Assembly (NCBI GenBank): GCA_016870155.1
Contig: VGCE01000003.1
Location: 54,055-118,054 of the forward strand
Length of the DNA stretch: 64,000 nucleotides
Source: Actinomycetota bacterium
GTDB taxonomy: Bacteria > Actinomycetota > Thermoleophilia > Miltoncostaeales > Miltoncostaeaceae
Direction of reading: 5' to 3'
The translations under genes were made by a program, and so were the position numbers. The notes below the pieces were generated by a model that saw only the letters and a list, made by a program, of their open reading frames with translations, searched no databases and was not told where the DNA came from. Below, piece after piece: positions 27,131 to 36,169 of this stretch; the first letter of the stretch is position 1, and each line of letters starts with the position of its first letter.

Positions 27131-28374
27131 GGCGGGGTGATGGCCCCGCGGGCGCTGAGCTTCGCCGCCGACCTCCCGAAGTCGGCACGCGAGAGCGCGG
27201 CGACATCGCGCACGCTGGATCCCCCGGGTGATGGCACGCCGTCGCCCGAGAGGCGCACGGGGGCGAGCGATCCCGACTCGAACCGCCCGTCGGGCGCGAG
27301 TTTCACCTTCAGCACCCCGCTCTGGCCCGCGTATGACCCCGTGCCGAACACCTTGTAGCCCAGGAAGTTTCCGAGGCTGTAGGCGATGAGCCGACCGTTG
27401 CGGAACTCCATGCCGCGCATCACATGCGGGCCGTGGCCGATGACCAGGTCGGCACCGGCATCCACCAGCCCGCGGGCCAGGCGACGGGTCTCACCGCGCG
27501 GCTCGCCAAGGTAGGTCTCGGCGCCCTGGGGCACGCTGCGATAGGCCGTGCCCTCCGCGCCGCCGTGGAAGCTGGCGATCACGATCGGCGCGATGCCCGT
27601 GGCCTTCCTCACCAGGCGCTGCGCGCCGGGGATGTCGAGCGAGTTCTGGCTCCACGCGTACGGCGCAAGGCCGACAATCGCCACCTTGGTGCCATTCGGC
27701 AGCGTCAGCACGGCGATCTCGCCGGGCCGACCGGCGTGCAGGATGCCCACCGAATCAAGGGCGCGAACCGTCGACCGGATGCCCGCCGTGCCCCAGTCGT
27801 TCGAGTGGTTGTTGGCGATGCTCATCACGGTGAAGCCGGCGTTCTTCAGGTTGCGGGAATACGGCGGCGGGCTGGCGAACGCGTAGCAGCTGCCACCGCT
27901 TCCGCTGCCGCACTTGGCGCTGGGGCCGGTGGCCAGCGCCGACTCGAGGTTGCCGAACACCACATCGCCCTTGAGCAGCGGCTTGACGCCGGTGAAGAGA
28001 GTGGAGCCCCCGGCCGGCGGCAGCCCGAACTCGGGCGTGCCCATCACGGTGTCGCCCACGGCGGCCACCGACACGCCCGATGCGCCCGGGGCCGCGCCTG
28101 CGCCTTCGGTCGTGGTCGGGGCGGTGGGGGTGGTGACGGCCACCTGCTGCGCGCCCTGGCTGCCGCCCGGCGTGTATCCGGACGCCGGCGCCGCAGTGGC
28201 CTCGGCGTTGGCCGCCGTGACCGTGGGATCGGACCCGGTGCCCGATGCCACCACCGCCACCAGCCCCACGGCGGCCACCACGCATAGCCCGGCGAGCACG
28301 CGGTTCTGCTTGGCCCGCGTGGACGTGGGGCGTCGGCGCTGCGCCGGCCTTCGGCGGGACGGGGAGGTCATCAC
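27127..28374 (-). CDS. CapA-family (PGA_cap, metallophosphatase-like) membrane-anchored protein
   Basis: GDTVMG...GNLES...ANNHSNDWG...FHGG.E...GHGPHV...SLGNF motifs, with an N-terminal basic-plus-TM anchor. Confidence 0.85.
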   Translation of the reverse strand: MMTSPSRRRPAQRRRPTSTRAKQNRVLAGLCVVAAVGLVAVVASGTGSDPTVTAANAEATAAPASGYTPGGSQGAQQVAVTTPTAPTTTEGAGAAPGASGVSVAAVGDTVMGTPEFGLPPAGGSTLFTGVKPLLKGDVVFGNLESALATGPSAKCGSGSGGSCYAFASPPPYSRNLKNAGFTVMSIANNHSNDWGTAGIRSTVRALDSVGILHAGRPGEIAVLTLPNGTKVAIVGLAPYAWSQNSLDIPGAQRLVRKATGIAPIVIASFHGGAEGTAYRSVPQGAETYLGEPRGETRRLARGLVDAGADLVIGHGPHVMRGMEFRNGRLIAYSLGNFLGYKVFGTGSYAGQSGVLKVKLAPDGRFESGSLAPVRLSGDGVPSPGGSSVRDVAALSRADFGRSAAKLSARGAITPP

Positions 28375-28442
28375 GGCGAAATTAGCCGCCCGCGCGGGGG
28401 ATCCTGCCTCCGCCGGTCGCGGTGATGGCCTCCCGGCCCTGA

Positions 28443-28459
28443 CCTAGTCCGCCTAGTCC
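28443..28459. promoter_or_regulatory. Tandem direct repeat CCTAGTCC-G-CCTAGTCC upstream of the antitoxin gene (possible TA operator)
   Basis: Copies at 28443-28450 and 28452-28459, about 15 nt upstream of the antitoxin start. Confidence 0.3.
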
Positions 28460-28473
28460 ACATGGGGGTGGAG

Positions 28474-28716
28474 ATGGCATGGGTGACGGTGGGAATGCAC
28501 GAGGCGAAGACCCACTTCTCGCGCCTCGTGCGCCGCGCGCAGGATGGCGACGAGGTGGTGGTGGAGAACAACGGCACCCCCGTGGCGCGCATCGTCGCCT
28601 ACGAGGATGCCCGGGCACGCCCGCGCGGCTTCGCGCAGGGCACGGTCTGGATGGCCGATGACTTCGACGCACCGCTGCCGGAGTTCGAGGAACTCGTCTG
28701 CGGATCCGAGGCATGA
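28474..28716 (+). CDS. Type II antitoxin, Phd/YefM family
   Basis: MHEAKTHFSRLVRRAQDGDEVVVENNGTPVARIV with a C-terminal DDFDAPLPEF. GGGGTGGAG precedes ATG 28474 (ORF open from 28462). 4-nt overlap with the toxin gene. Confidence 0.8.
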   Translation: MAWVTVGMHEAKTHFSRLVRRAQDGDEVVVENNGTPVARIVAYEDARARPRGFAQGTVWMADDFDAPLPEFEELVCGSEA

Positions 28717-29156
28717 GGGTGCTGCCCGACACATCCACCTTCATCTGGTGGGCCGACGCCGGCGAGCGCCTCGGCAAGCAGGCCGTGGCGCCCATCGAGT
28801 GGCCGGGCACCGAGGCGTATGTGAGCGCGGTGTCCGGATGGGAGATCGCGATCAAGTGGAATCTCGGCAAGCTCCGCGCCGACAGCGATGTGGGCCTCTG
28901 GATGGTGAACGGCGTGTTCGAGGAACTCCCGGTCACGCTCGATCACGGCCTTGCCGCCGGTGATCTGCCACTGGTGCACCGCGACCCCTTCGACCAGCTG
29001 CTCGTAGCCCAGGCGCAGATGGAGGGTCTCACGCCGGTGACCGCGGACCGCGAGATGCAGCGCTACGAAGTGCCGCTCATCGACGCCCGGGCCTGGCGCC
29101 CGGGCCGCAGGCCAGCAGGGCACCGACGATCGCCCCCTCGACGTCGTCAGGGCTGA
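28713..29156 (+). CDS. vapC: Type II toxin, PIN-domain VapC family
   Basis: LPDTSTFIWW, SGWEIAIK, HRDPFDQLLVAQA and TADREM motifs carrying the acidic PIN residues. About 20 aa of basic C-terminal extension overlap the convergent lplA-like gene. Confidence 0.8.
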   Translation: MRVLPDTSTFIWWADAGERLGKQAVAPIEWPGTEAYVSAVSGWEIAIKWNLGKLRADSDVGLWMVNGVFEELPVTLDHGLAAGDLPLVHRDPFDQLLVAQAQMEGLTPVTADREMQRYEVPLIDARAWRPGRRPAGHRRSPPRRRQG

Positions 29157-29793
29157 CGCCCGGGGCGAGATCGCCGATGCCCGCGGTGCGCGCGCGCAGG
29201 TCGTCGGCTGCTTCGGCCGGTGCGCCCACGGCCCGGGCCAGGCGCGCGGCATCGAGCCGCATGGGTACGCCCACCTGGATGATGGCCCCGGCCGTGCGGC
29301 GCACCTGCGAGAGGCCGAGCACCTTGCGCTGGCCCACCACGACCTCCCATGGCGACAGCCCGCCGAAGCACATCGCGGCGGCGGCCCCGCATGGCCACTC
29401 GCGCGCCTCTGCGGGTGGCAGGGCGCGGGCTCCGGTCACGCCGAGGCCCTCCAGCGCGTGGGCCACGCCCTCGCCCACCCACCGGTAGGCCTCCACCACG
29501 TCAACGGGAAGCAGCGGGTGCCCCGCGGGCAGGATGACGTCGATGGCGATGAGGTCGTCATCCCACAGCACCGGGCCGCCGCCGGACGGGCGGAGCACCA
29601 CCTCGAGCCCCTCGGCCCGCGCCGCGCCGGGGTCCACGTCGCCTCGCTGCGCCCGCCCCACCGTGATCGCCGCGGGTGACACGCGGTGCACCACGAGCAC
29701 GGGTTCACGCTGGGCCGTCGGGCTCGGCTGCGCGTGGTGGGCCCCGGCGCTGCACTCGGCGTCCCCGGTCCCTCCGAGCAGCGCCTCGGACAT
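29077..29793 (-). CDS. Lipoate-protein ligase A-like (BPL/LplA/LipB domain) protein
   Basis: LRPSGGGPVLWDDD (cf. the LplA RRxSGGGAVxHD motif) and GQRKVLGLSQ (catalytic Lys context). Last gene of the ODH-lpd operon. Start taken at MSEALLGG (29793). Confidence 0.68.
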   Translation of the reverse strand: MSEALLGGTGDAECSAGAHHAQPSPTAQREPVLVVHRVSPAAITVGRAQRGDVDPGAARAEGLEVVLRPSGGGPVLWDDDLIAIDVILPAGHPLLPVDVVEAYRWVGEGVAHALEGLGVTGARALPPAEAREWPCGAAAAMCFGGLSPWEVVVGQRKVLGLSQVRRTAGAIIQVGVPMRLDAARLARAVGAPAEAADDLRARTAGIGDLAPGVSPDDVEGAIVGALLACGPGARPGRR

Positions 29794-29864
29794 CGCCAGC
29801 GCATCGGGCACCGGCTGGGCGTCCGGTCGCTCCACCCGCCATGCCGCGGGCGGCGCCGGCACTG

Positions 29865-31241
29865 CTACGAGAGGTAGGGCGCCACGCCCTCGCCCTGCTG
29901 GGCGGCGTCCATCACCATCTCGCTGATGGTGGGGTGCGCGTGGATGATCTCGCCCAGGTCGCGCATGGTGTAACCGTCGCTGATGGCCACGCCCACCTCG
30001 TGGATCATCTCCACGGCGTGGGCGCCCATGATGGTGGCGCCGAGCAGCAGGTCGGTGTCGGCGTCGGCCACCAGTTGGGCGAAGCCGTCGGGCTCGCCCT
30101 CGCCCAGCGCCTTGCCCGACCCGGCGAAGCGCGCCTGGCCGATCTTCACCTCGATGCCGGCCTCTGCCGCGGTGTCGCGGTCGAGGCCCACCGTGGCGAT
30201 CTCGGGGTGGGTGTAGATGCATGACGGCACCACGGTGCGATCCATCGGCACCATGTGCGGACCGAGGATGTTCTCGACGGCGCGCGCCCCCTCTGCCGAC
30301 GCCAGGTGCGCCAGCTGCAGGCCGCCGACGCAGTCGCCCACCGCCCAGATCTTCGGGTTGGCCGTGCGCAGGAACTCATCCACCTCCACGTGGCCGCGCT
30401 CGTTCACCTCCACGCCGGCATCCTCGAGGCCGATGTGGTGGGTCTGTGGCTTGCGGCCGATCGACACCAGCAGCTTCTCTGCCGAGAGCTCCGTGCCGTC
30501 GTCGAGCCGGATGCTGATGCCGTCATCCGAGTAGGAGGTGATCTCCTCCAGGCGCCGGCCCAGGTGGATCTCGGCGCCGTCGTTCTCGAGCGTCTTCTGG
30601 AACTGCTTCGCCGTGCGTGAGTCGATGCCCAGCAGGATGCGGTCGAGCATCTCGACCATGGTGATCTTCACGCCCAGCGGCTGGAACAGGCTCGCGAACT
30701 CGCAGCCGATCACCCCTGCGCCCAGCACGATCATGCTCTCGGGGACCTCGGGCATCACCAGCACGTCGTTGCTCGTGAGCACCGCCGGGTTGTCCATGTC
30801 GATGCCGGGCAGGCCCGCCGGCTCGGTGCCCACCGCCACGATGAGGTGGTCGTACTCATGCCGCGTGCCGTCCACCACCACGGCGTCGCCCTCCACCACG
30901 CCCTGGCCGCGCGCCACCGTTATGCCCTTGCGCTCGCAGGCGCCCTCCACGCCACCGCGCATGCGCAGCACGATGTCGTCCTTGCGGGCCATCATGGCGG
31001 CGAAGTCGTAGCCCACCTCGCCCACGAGGATGCCGAACTCCTTGGCCTCGCGGATCTTGCGCAGGAGGTCGCTGGCGGCCAGCAGCGCCTTGGTGGGGAT
31101 GCAGCCCCAGTTGAGGCACGTTCCTCCCAGCTCGGCGCGCTCCACTAGCACCACCTGCGCGCCCATCTGCGCGGCGCGCAGCGCTGCGACGTCCCCGCCG
31201 GGCCCTCCGCCCAGCACCACCACCCGCGGCCCGTCGCTCAT
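29865..31241 (-). CDS. lpdA: Dihydrolipoyl dehydrogenase (E3)
   Basis: VVVLGGGPGG, the redox-active GGTCLNWGCIPTK and a C-terminal HAHPT motif. ATGA overlap with the upstream ODH gene. Confidence 0.95.
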   Translation of the reverse strand: MSDGPRVVVLGGGPGGDVAALRAAQMGAQVVLVERAELGGTCLNWGCIPTKALLAASDLLRKIREAKEFGILVGEVGYDFAAMMARKDDIVLRMRGGVEGACERKGITVARGQGVVEGDAVVVDGTRHEYDHLIVAVGTEPAGLPGIDMDNPAVLTSNDVLVMPEVPESMIVLGAGVIGCEFASLFQPLGVKITMVEMLDRILLGIDSRTAKQFQKTLENDGAEIHLGRRLEEITSYSDDGISIRLDDGTELSAEKLLVSIGRKPQTHHIGLEDAGVEVNERGHVEVDEFLRTANPKIWAVGDCVGGLQLAHLASAEGARAVENILGPHMVPMDRTVVPSCIYTHPEIATVGLDRDTAAEAGIEVKIGQARFAGSGKALGEGEPDGFAQLVADADTDLLLGATIMGAHAVEMIHEVGVAISDGYTMRDLGEIIHAHPTISEMVMDAAQQGEGVAPYLS

Positions 31242-34200
31242 CCGAAGGTCATCTCCCTGCCGGCGAGGGCATCCTCGAGCACGCGTGCCTGCTCGAGCTG
31301 GTGGGTCTGCGGGTAGCCCTCGCTCACCGACGCGCGCGCCGGGCGACCGATGTACTCGAAGCTCTCGATGGGCAGCAGGCGCTCGATGCGGCGGGTCACG
31401 AACGACCAGGCGCCCATGTTGCGCGGCTCCTCCTGCACCCACTGCACGGCCTCGAGGTTCGGGTAGCTCTCGAACAGGGCGAGGATCTCCTCGCGCGGGA
31501 ACGGATACAGCTGCTCGATGCGCCCGATCGCCAGCTCAGGGTGGTCCTCGCGATCGGCGTGGGCGTCGATCTCGTGGAAGATCTTGCCGGTGCACAGCAG
31601 CAGGCGGGTGACCGCGTCGGGGTCGGTCACGCGCGGATCGGCGAGCACGGGCTCGAAGCGACCCTTGGTGAGGTCGTCGAGGCTGCTGGAGGCGGCCTTC
31701 GCGCGCAGCAGGCTCTTGGGCGTGAACACCACGAGGGGCCGGATCTCATCGAGCAGGCCCTGGCGGCGCAGCAGGTGGAAGTAGTTGGCGGCCGTGGAGC
31801 AGTTGGCGATGCGCATGTTGCCCTCGGCCGCCAGGCGCAGGAAGCGCTCGGGGCGACCTGACGAGTGCTCGGGCCCGTTGCCCTCGTAGCCGTGGGGCAG
31901 CAGCAGCGTGAGGCGCGAGCGCACGCCCCACTTGGCCTCGCCGGCTGCGAGGAACTGGTCGACCATGATCTGCGCGCCGTTGGCGAAGTCGCCGTACTGC
32001 GCCTCCCAGATCACCAGCGCCTCGGGCGCCGTGGTGGAGTAGCCGTACTCGAAGCCCACGCACGCGGCCTCCGACAGCGGGCTGTTGTGCAGCTCGAACG
32101 ATGCCTTGGCGCGCAGCAGGTGCTGCATGGGCACGTACACCTCGCCCTTGCCGGGCATGTACGTGGCATCGTCGAGCGTGTGGTGCAATTCGAGGTGCCG
32201 CTGGGTGAAGGTACCGCGGGCGACGTCCTGGCCGGTGAGGCGGATCGGCACGCCCTCGGTGAGCAGCGATGCGAAGGCCAGCGCCTCGGCGTGTGCCCAT
32301 GTGATGCCCCCGTCCTCGGCAAGCGCCGCGCGCCGCCGGTCGAGCTGCGGCGTGAGCTTGTCGTGCACCGGGAAGCCGTCGGGCGGCAGGTGCAACTGCT
32401 CGTTGAGGCTGCGCAGGGTGGATGCGCTCACGCGGGTCTTCACCACCTGCGTCTTGGCGCGGCGGCGCTTGTCGCGCGAGCTCTCCTGGTCGGATCCCTG
32501 CTCCAGGCCCGACTGCACGCGCTTGTGGGCCGACGACATGCGCTCCTCGGCGCCCGCGACCATCGCGGCGTGGTCGTCCTCGGTGATCACCCGGTCGGCG
32601 ATGAGGCGATCGGCGTAGATGCGCGCCACCGTAGGGTGGTCCTTGATGGTGCGCGCCATCACGGGCTGGGTGTAGGCGGGCTCGTCGAGCTCGTTGTGGC
32701 CCAGGCGGCGGTAGCCGATGAGGTCGATGAGCACGTCGTGGCCGAACCGCGCGCGGAACTGCACGGCCAGGTTCACGGCCGCGATGCAGGCGTCAACGTC
32801 GTCGGCGTTCACGTGCACGATGGGCATGTCGAAGCCCTTGGCCATGTCGCTGGCGTAGCGCGTGGAGCGGCTGTCCTCGGGGTCGGTGGTGAAGCCCACC
32901 TGGTTGTTGACGATCACGTGGATGGTGCCGCCCGTGGAGTAGCCCACCAGCCCCTGCAGGTTGAGGGTCTCGGCCACCACGCCCTGCCCGGGGAACGCCG
33001 CGTCGCCGTGGATGAGCAGCGCCACCGCGCGGTCGGGCTCGTGCTCGGCGATGTTGGTGGCGCGGATGGTCTGCTTGGCGCGCACGCCGCCCTCGGCAAC
33101 CGCGTTGACCTGCTCGAGGTGGCTGGGGTTGGCGGCCAGCTGCACCTGCACCGACTTGCCCGACCGGGCCTTGAAGGTGCCCTCGGCGCCCAGGTGGTAC
33201 TTCACGTCGCCCGCCGCCGCGTAGGGCTCGCCGTCGGCGTGCTCGTCGTCGGCCTCGTGCTCCATCTGGCCCTCAAACTCGGCCAGGATCGACTCGGGCG
33301 GGCGCCCCACCGTGTGCATGATGCTGGCAAGGCGCCCGCGGTGCGCCATGCCGACGTGCACCTCGGGCACGCCGGCCTCGGCCAGGCGCTGGATCGCCTC
33401 GTCCATCATGGGGATGAGCGCGTCGCAGCCCTCGAGCGAGAAGGTCTTCTGGCCCAGGTACGTGCGGCGCAGGAACCGCTCGAACACCTCCACCGACACC
33501 AGGCGCTCGAGGGTGGCGCGCCGCTCGTCGCGCGGGAGCGGCGTGCGCACCTGCCCCGACTCGATGAACTCGCGCAGCCACTGGCGCTGGTCGTGGTCGG
33601 AGATGTGCTCGATCTCGTACGCGATGGTGCCGCAGTAGGTGTCCTGCAGCGCCGGGTAGGCCTCGGCGAACGTGGCGCCGGGCACGGCCACGCCCAGCAG
33701 CGATGCCGGCACCAGCTTCATGTGCTCGGGCGTCAGCCCCACCCACGCCGGTTCGAGCGACGGATCGCCGGGCGGCGCCGAGCCCAGCGGATCGAGGTGC
33801 GCGGCCAGGTGGCCGTAGGTGCGGAACGCCCGCAGAAGAGACATCGCGCCGGCCAGCGCCATGAGGGTGTCCTCGTCGGCGCTGGCAGCCACGGCCGGTG
33901 CGGCCCCGTCGGGCGCGGCCGCCTGCGGGGTGAAGTCGAGCGGCGGCTGGGCCGGAAGGCCGAGCGCCTGGCGGATCTCGTCGTAGAAGCCCTCGTCCCC
34001 GGCCAGCAGTCCCGCGATGTCGCGCAGGAAGGCCCCGCTCTCAGCGCCTTGAATGACACGGTGGTCGTAGGTGGAGGTCACGGTCATCACCTTCGACACG
34101 CCCCACACCTTCAGCAGGTCGTCGGGCACGCCCTCCATGCCGGGCGGCCAGGTGATGCCGCCGGTGGCCACGATCGTGCCCTGCCCCGGCATGAGCCTGG

Positions 34201-35242
34201 GCACCGAGGCGTTGGTGCCGAAGCCCCCCGGGTTGGTGAGCGTGACGCCTGCGCCCGTGAGCTCATCAGGGCTGATCTTGCCCACGCGCGAGCGCTGGAT
34301 GAGATCGTCGAACGCCGCGCGGAAGCCCTGGAAGCCCAGCGCCCCGCAGTCGTGGATCACCGGCACCAGCAGCGATCGGCTGCCGTCCTTGCGCTCCACG
34401 TCCACGGCGATGCCGAGGTTCACGACCTCGCGCGGAACCTTGTTGGGCACGCCGTCCACCCGGGCGAAGGCCGTGCTCATCACGGGCGTCCTCTGCACCG
34501 CCCGCACGATCGCCCAGGCGATGACGTGCGTGAACGACAGCTTGCCGCCGCCGGCCACCGCGAGGGCCTCGTTCAGCCGCTTGCGCTCGGCGTCGAGCAT
34601 CTGCACCGAGATGGTGCGGAAGGTGGTGGCCGTGGGGATCGACCGGCTGTCGTCCATGTAGTCGGCCAGGGCTGCCGCGGGGCCGGTGAGCTTCACCAGT
34701 TCCCCGCCGGGCGGCGGCGGGGGCTCGGGCATGCCGCCGGGGCGGCCCGCGTTCTCGACGTCAGCCCGGCGGATGAGGCCGCCCGGCCCGCTGCCCGGCA
34801 CGTGCGCCAGGTCGACGCCCTGCTCGAACGCCACCCGGCGCGCGATGGGTGACGCGGCCACGTCGCGCACGGGCGGCACGGCGAGTGGCCCGGCCCCGTT
34901 GCCGCCGGCCGGGGTGACGGCGGGGGCCGCCGTGGCCTCCTCGGCGGACGGTGCGGCGGACGGTGCGGCCGCTGCAGGAGGAGACCCGTCGCCCGGGGCG
35001 ATCTCGCCCAGCGCCTGCCCCACCTCGACGGCCGCGCCGGCGTCCGCCACGATTGCGGCCAGAACTCCCGATGCAGGCGCGGGAATCTCCACGTCCACCT
35101 TGTCGGTGGTCACCTCGAGGAGGGTCTCGCCCTCCTCCACGGGCTCACCGACCGCCTTCATCCACTCGATCACGGTGCCCTCGGTCACGGACTCGCCGAG
35201 TACCGGGAGAAGGACATGGATCGTTGTGTCGGCCGGAGTCAC
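31238..35242 (-). CDS. Fused 2-oxoglutarate dehydrogenase: complete E2o (lipoyl domain + PSBD + succinyltransferase core) joined to E1o (Kgd/OdhA-type)
   Basis: Lipoyl domain LLEVTTDKVDVEIPAPASG, PSBD SPIARRVAFEQGVDLAHVPGSGPGGLIRRADV, E2 core LTNPGGFGT...TSTYDHRVIQGAESGAFL, then an E1o region with TPP-enzyme motifs (GMAHRGRL, LLIHGDAAFPGQG). The start is uncertain: GTG 35242 or ATG 35323. Confidence 0.9.
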   Translation of the reverse strand: MTPADTTIHVLLPVLGESVTEGTVIEWMKAVGEPVEEGETLLEVTTDKVDVEIPAPASGVLAAIVADAGAAVEVGQALGEIAPGDGSPPAAAAPSAAPSAEEATAAPAVTPAGGNGAGPLAVPPVRDVAASPIARRVAFEQGVDLAHVPGSGPGGLIRRADVENAGRPGGMPEPPPPPGGELVKLTGPAAALADYMDDSRSIPTATTFRTISVQMLDAERKRLNEALAVAGGGKLSFTHVIAWAIVRAVQRTPVMSTAFARVDGVPNKVPREVVNLGIAVDVERKDGSRSLLVPVIHDCGALGFQGFRAAFDDLIQRSRVGKISPDELTGAGVTLTNPGGFGTNASVPRLMPGQGTIVATGGITWPPGMEGVPDDLLKVWGVSKVMTVTSTYDHRVIQGAESGAFLRDIAGLLAGDEGFYDEIRQALGLPAQPPLDFTPQAAAPDGAAPAVAASADEDTLMALAGAMSLLRAFRTYGHLAAHLDPLGSAPPGDPSLEPAWVGLTPEHMKLVPASLLGVAVPGATFAEAYPALQDTYCGTIAYEIEHISDHDQRQWLREFIESGQVRTPLPRDERRATLERLVSVEVFERFLRRTYLGQKTFSLEGCDALIPMMDEAIQRLAEAGVPEVHVGMAHRGRLASIMHTVGRPPESILAEFEGQMEHEADDEHADGEPYAAAGDVKYHLGAEGTFKARSGKSVQVQLAANPSHLEQVNAVAEGGVRAKQTIRATNIAEHEPDRAVALLIHGDAAFPGQGVVAETLNLQGLVGYSTGGTIHVIVNNQVGFTTDPEDSRSTRYASDMAKGFDMPIVHVNADDVDACIAAVNLAVQFRARFGHDVLIDLIGYRRLGHNELDEPAYTQPVMARTIKDHPTVARIYADRLIADRVITEDDHAAMVAGAEERMSSAHKRVQSGLEQGSDQESSRDKRRRAKTQVVKTRVSASTLRSLNEQLHLPPDGFPVHDKLTPQLDRRRAALAEDGGITWAHAEALAFASLLTEGVPIRLTGQDVARGTFTQRHLELHHTLDDATYMPGKGEVYVPMQHLLRAKASFELHNSPLSEAACVGFEYGYSTTAPEALVIWEAQYGDFANGAQIMVDQFLAAGEAKWGVRSRLTLLLPHGYEGNGPEHSSGRPERFLRLAAEGNMRIANCSTAANYFHLLRRQGLLDEIRPLVVFTPKSLLRAKAASSSLDDLTKGRFEPVLADPRVTDPDAVTRLLLCTGKIFHEIDAHADREDHPELAIGRIEQLYPFPREEILALFESYPNLEAVQWVQEEPRNMGAWSFVTRRIERLLPIESFEYIGRPARASVSEGYPQTHQLEQARVLEDALAGREMTFG

Positions 35243-35356
35243 GGTCGAGTACCGAGGATACGCCTGACGTCGGGCGTCGGCCCATGGTTCGGGCAACCTG
35301 CAACGCCCGTGCCCGGCACCCATCCGCGCATGTGGGGCGTGCCCGCGGTGACTGGG

Positions 35357-36169
35357 CTAGTCGAGGTCGAGTGCAAGGTCGAGCGCCGGCGCCGAGTGCG
35401 TCAGGGCTCCCACGCTCACGTAGTCCACCCCGCAGGCGGCGGCGCGCGCCACGCCCTCGACATCCATTCCACCCGAGGCCTCGGTCTCGGCGCGGCCTGC
35501 GCACATCTCCACGGCGGCGCGCATCGTCGCCTCGTCCATGTTGTCGAGCAGCACCCGGTCGGGCGCGGCGGCGAGCGCCAGCTCCACGCCCGCCAGGTCG
35601 TCCGCCTCCACCTCCACGGGTACCCCGGGCAGCTCATCGCGCGCCCGGGCCACCGCGGCCTGAAGGTCCATCTCGCCCATGGCCAGGTGGTTGTCCTTCA
35701 CCAGCACCATGTCGTGCAGCCCCATGCGGTGGTTCACGCCGCCGCCGGCAGCCACGGCCTGCTTCTCGAGCACGCGCCAGCCCGGCGTGGTCTTGCGGGT
35801 GTCGAGCACCCTCGCGGGGCGGGCGGCCTCGACGTAGCGGGCGGTGAGCGTGGCGATGCCCGAGAGGTGCGACATCCCGTTGAGCAGCGTGCGCTCGGCC
35901 GAGAGCACCGCGCGCGCGGGGCCGTCCACGCCCAGCGCGCTCTCACCGGGCGAGAGCACGGCCCCGTCGGTGGCCTGCCAGGTGCCGGTCACGCCCATCT
36001 GGCGCAGCACCTCCTCGCCGAAGGCCCGACCGGCAAGCACCCCGCCCGAGCGGGCCACCACGCGCCCTCGGGCGCGGGCATCATCGGGGATCGTCACCAG
36101 TGAGGTGACGTCGCCGCGCTCACCGAGGTCCTCGGCCAGCGCGGCGGCCACCAGGTCGGCCAGGTCCAT
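35357..36169 (-). CDS. nadC: Nicotinate-nucleotide pyrophosphorylase (carboxylating)
   Basis: ALAEDLGERGDVTS, RKTTPGWR and LVKDNH motifs. The start overlaps the nadA stop by 1 nt. Confidence 0.92.
   Translation of the reverse strand: MDLADLVAAALAEDLGERGDVTSLVTIPDDARARGRVVARSGGVLAGRAFGEEVLRQMGVTGTWQATDGAVLSPGESALGVDGPARAVLSAERTLLNGMSHLSGIATLTARYVEAARPARVLDTRKTTPGWRVLEKQAVAAGGGVNHRMGLHDMVLVKDNHLAMGEMDLQAAVARARDELPGVPVEVEADDLAGVELALAAAPDRVLLDNMDEATMRAAVEMCAGRAETEASGGMDVEGVARAAACGVDYVSVGALTHSAPALDLALDLD

Noticed and set aside
31865-34852. 995-aa ORF antisense to the ODH fusion gene. The same applies to 21931-24303 (antisense to lhr), 60865-62355 (antisense to GT4), 46912-48483 (antisense to the multicopper oxidase), 2389-3951 and 25367-26449.
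   Set aside because: The translations are Arg/Gly/His/Pro-rich and low-complexity with no family motifs. They lie opposite genes with strong motif support. This is the typical stop-codon-poor antisense frame of high-GC DNA.
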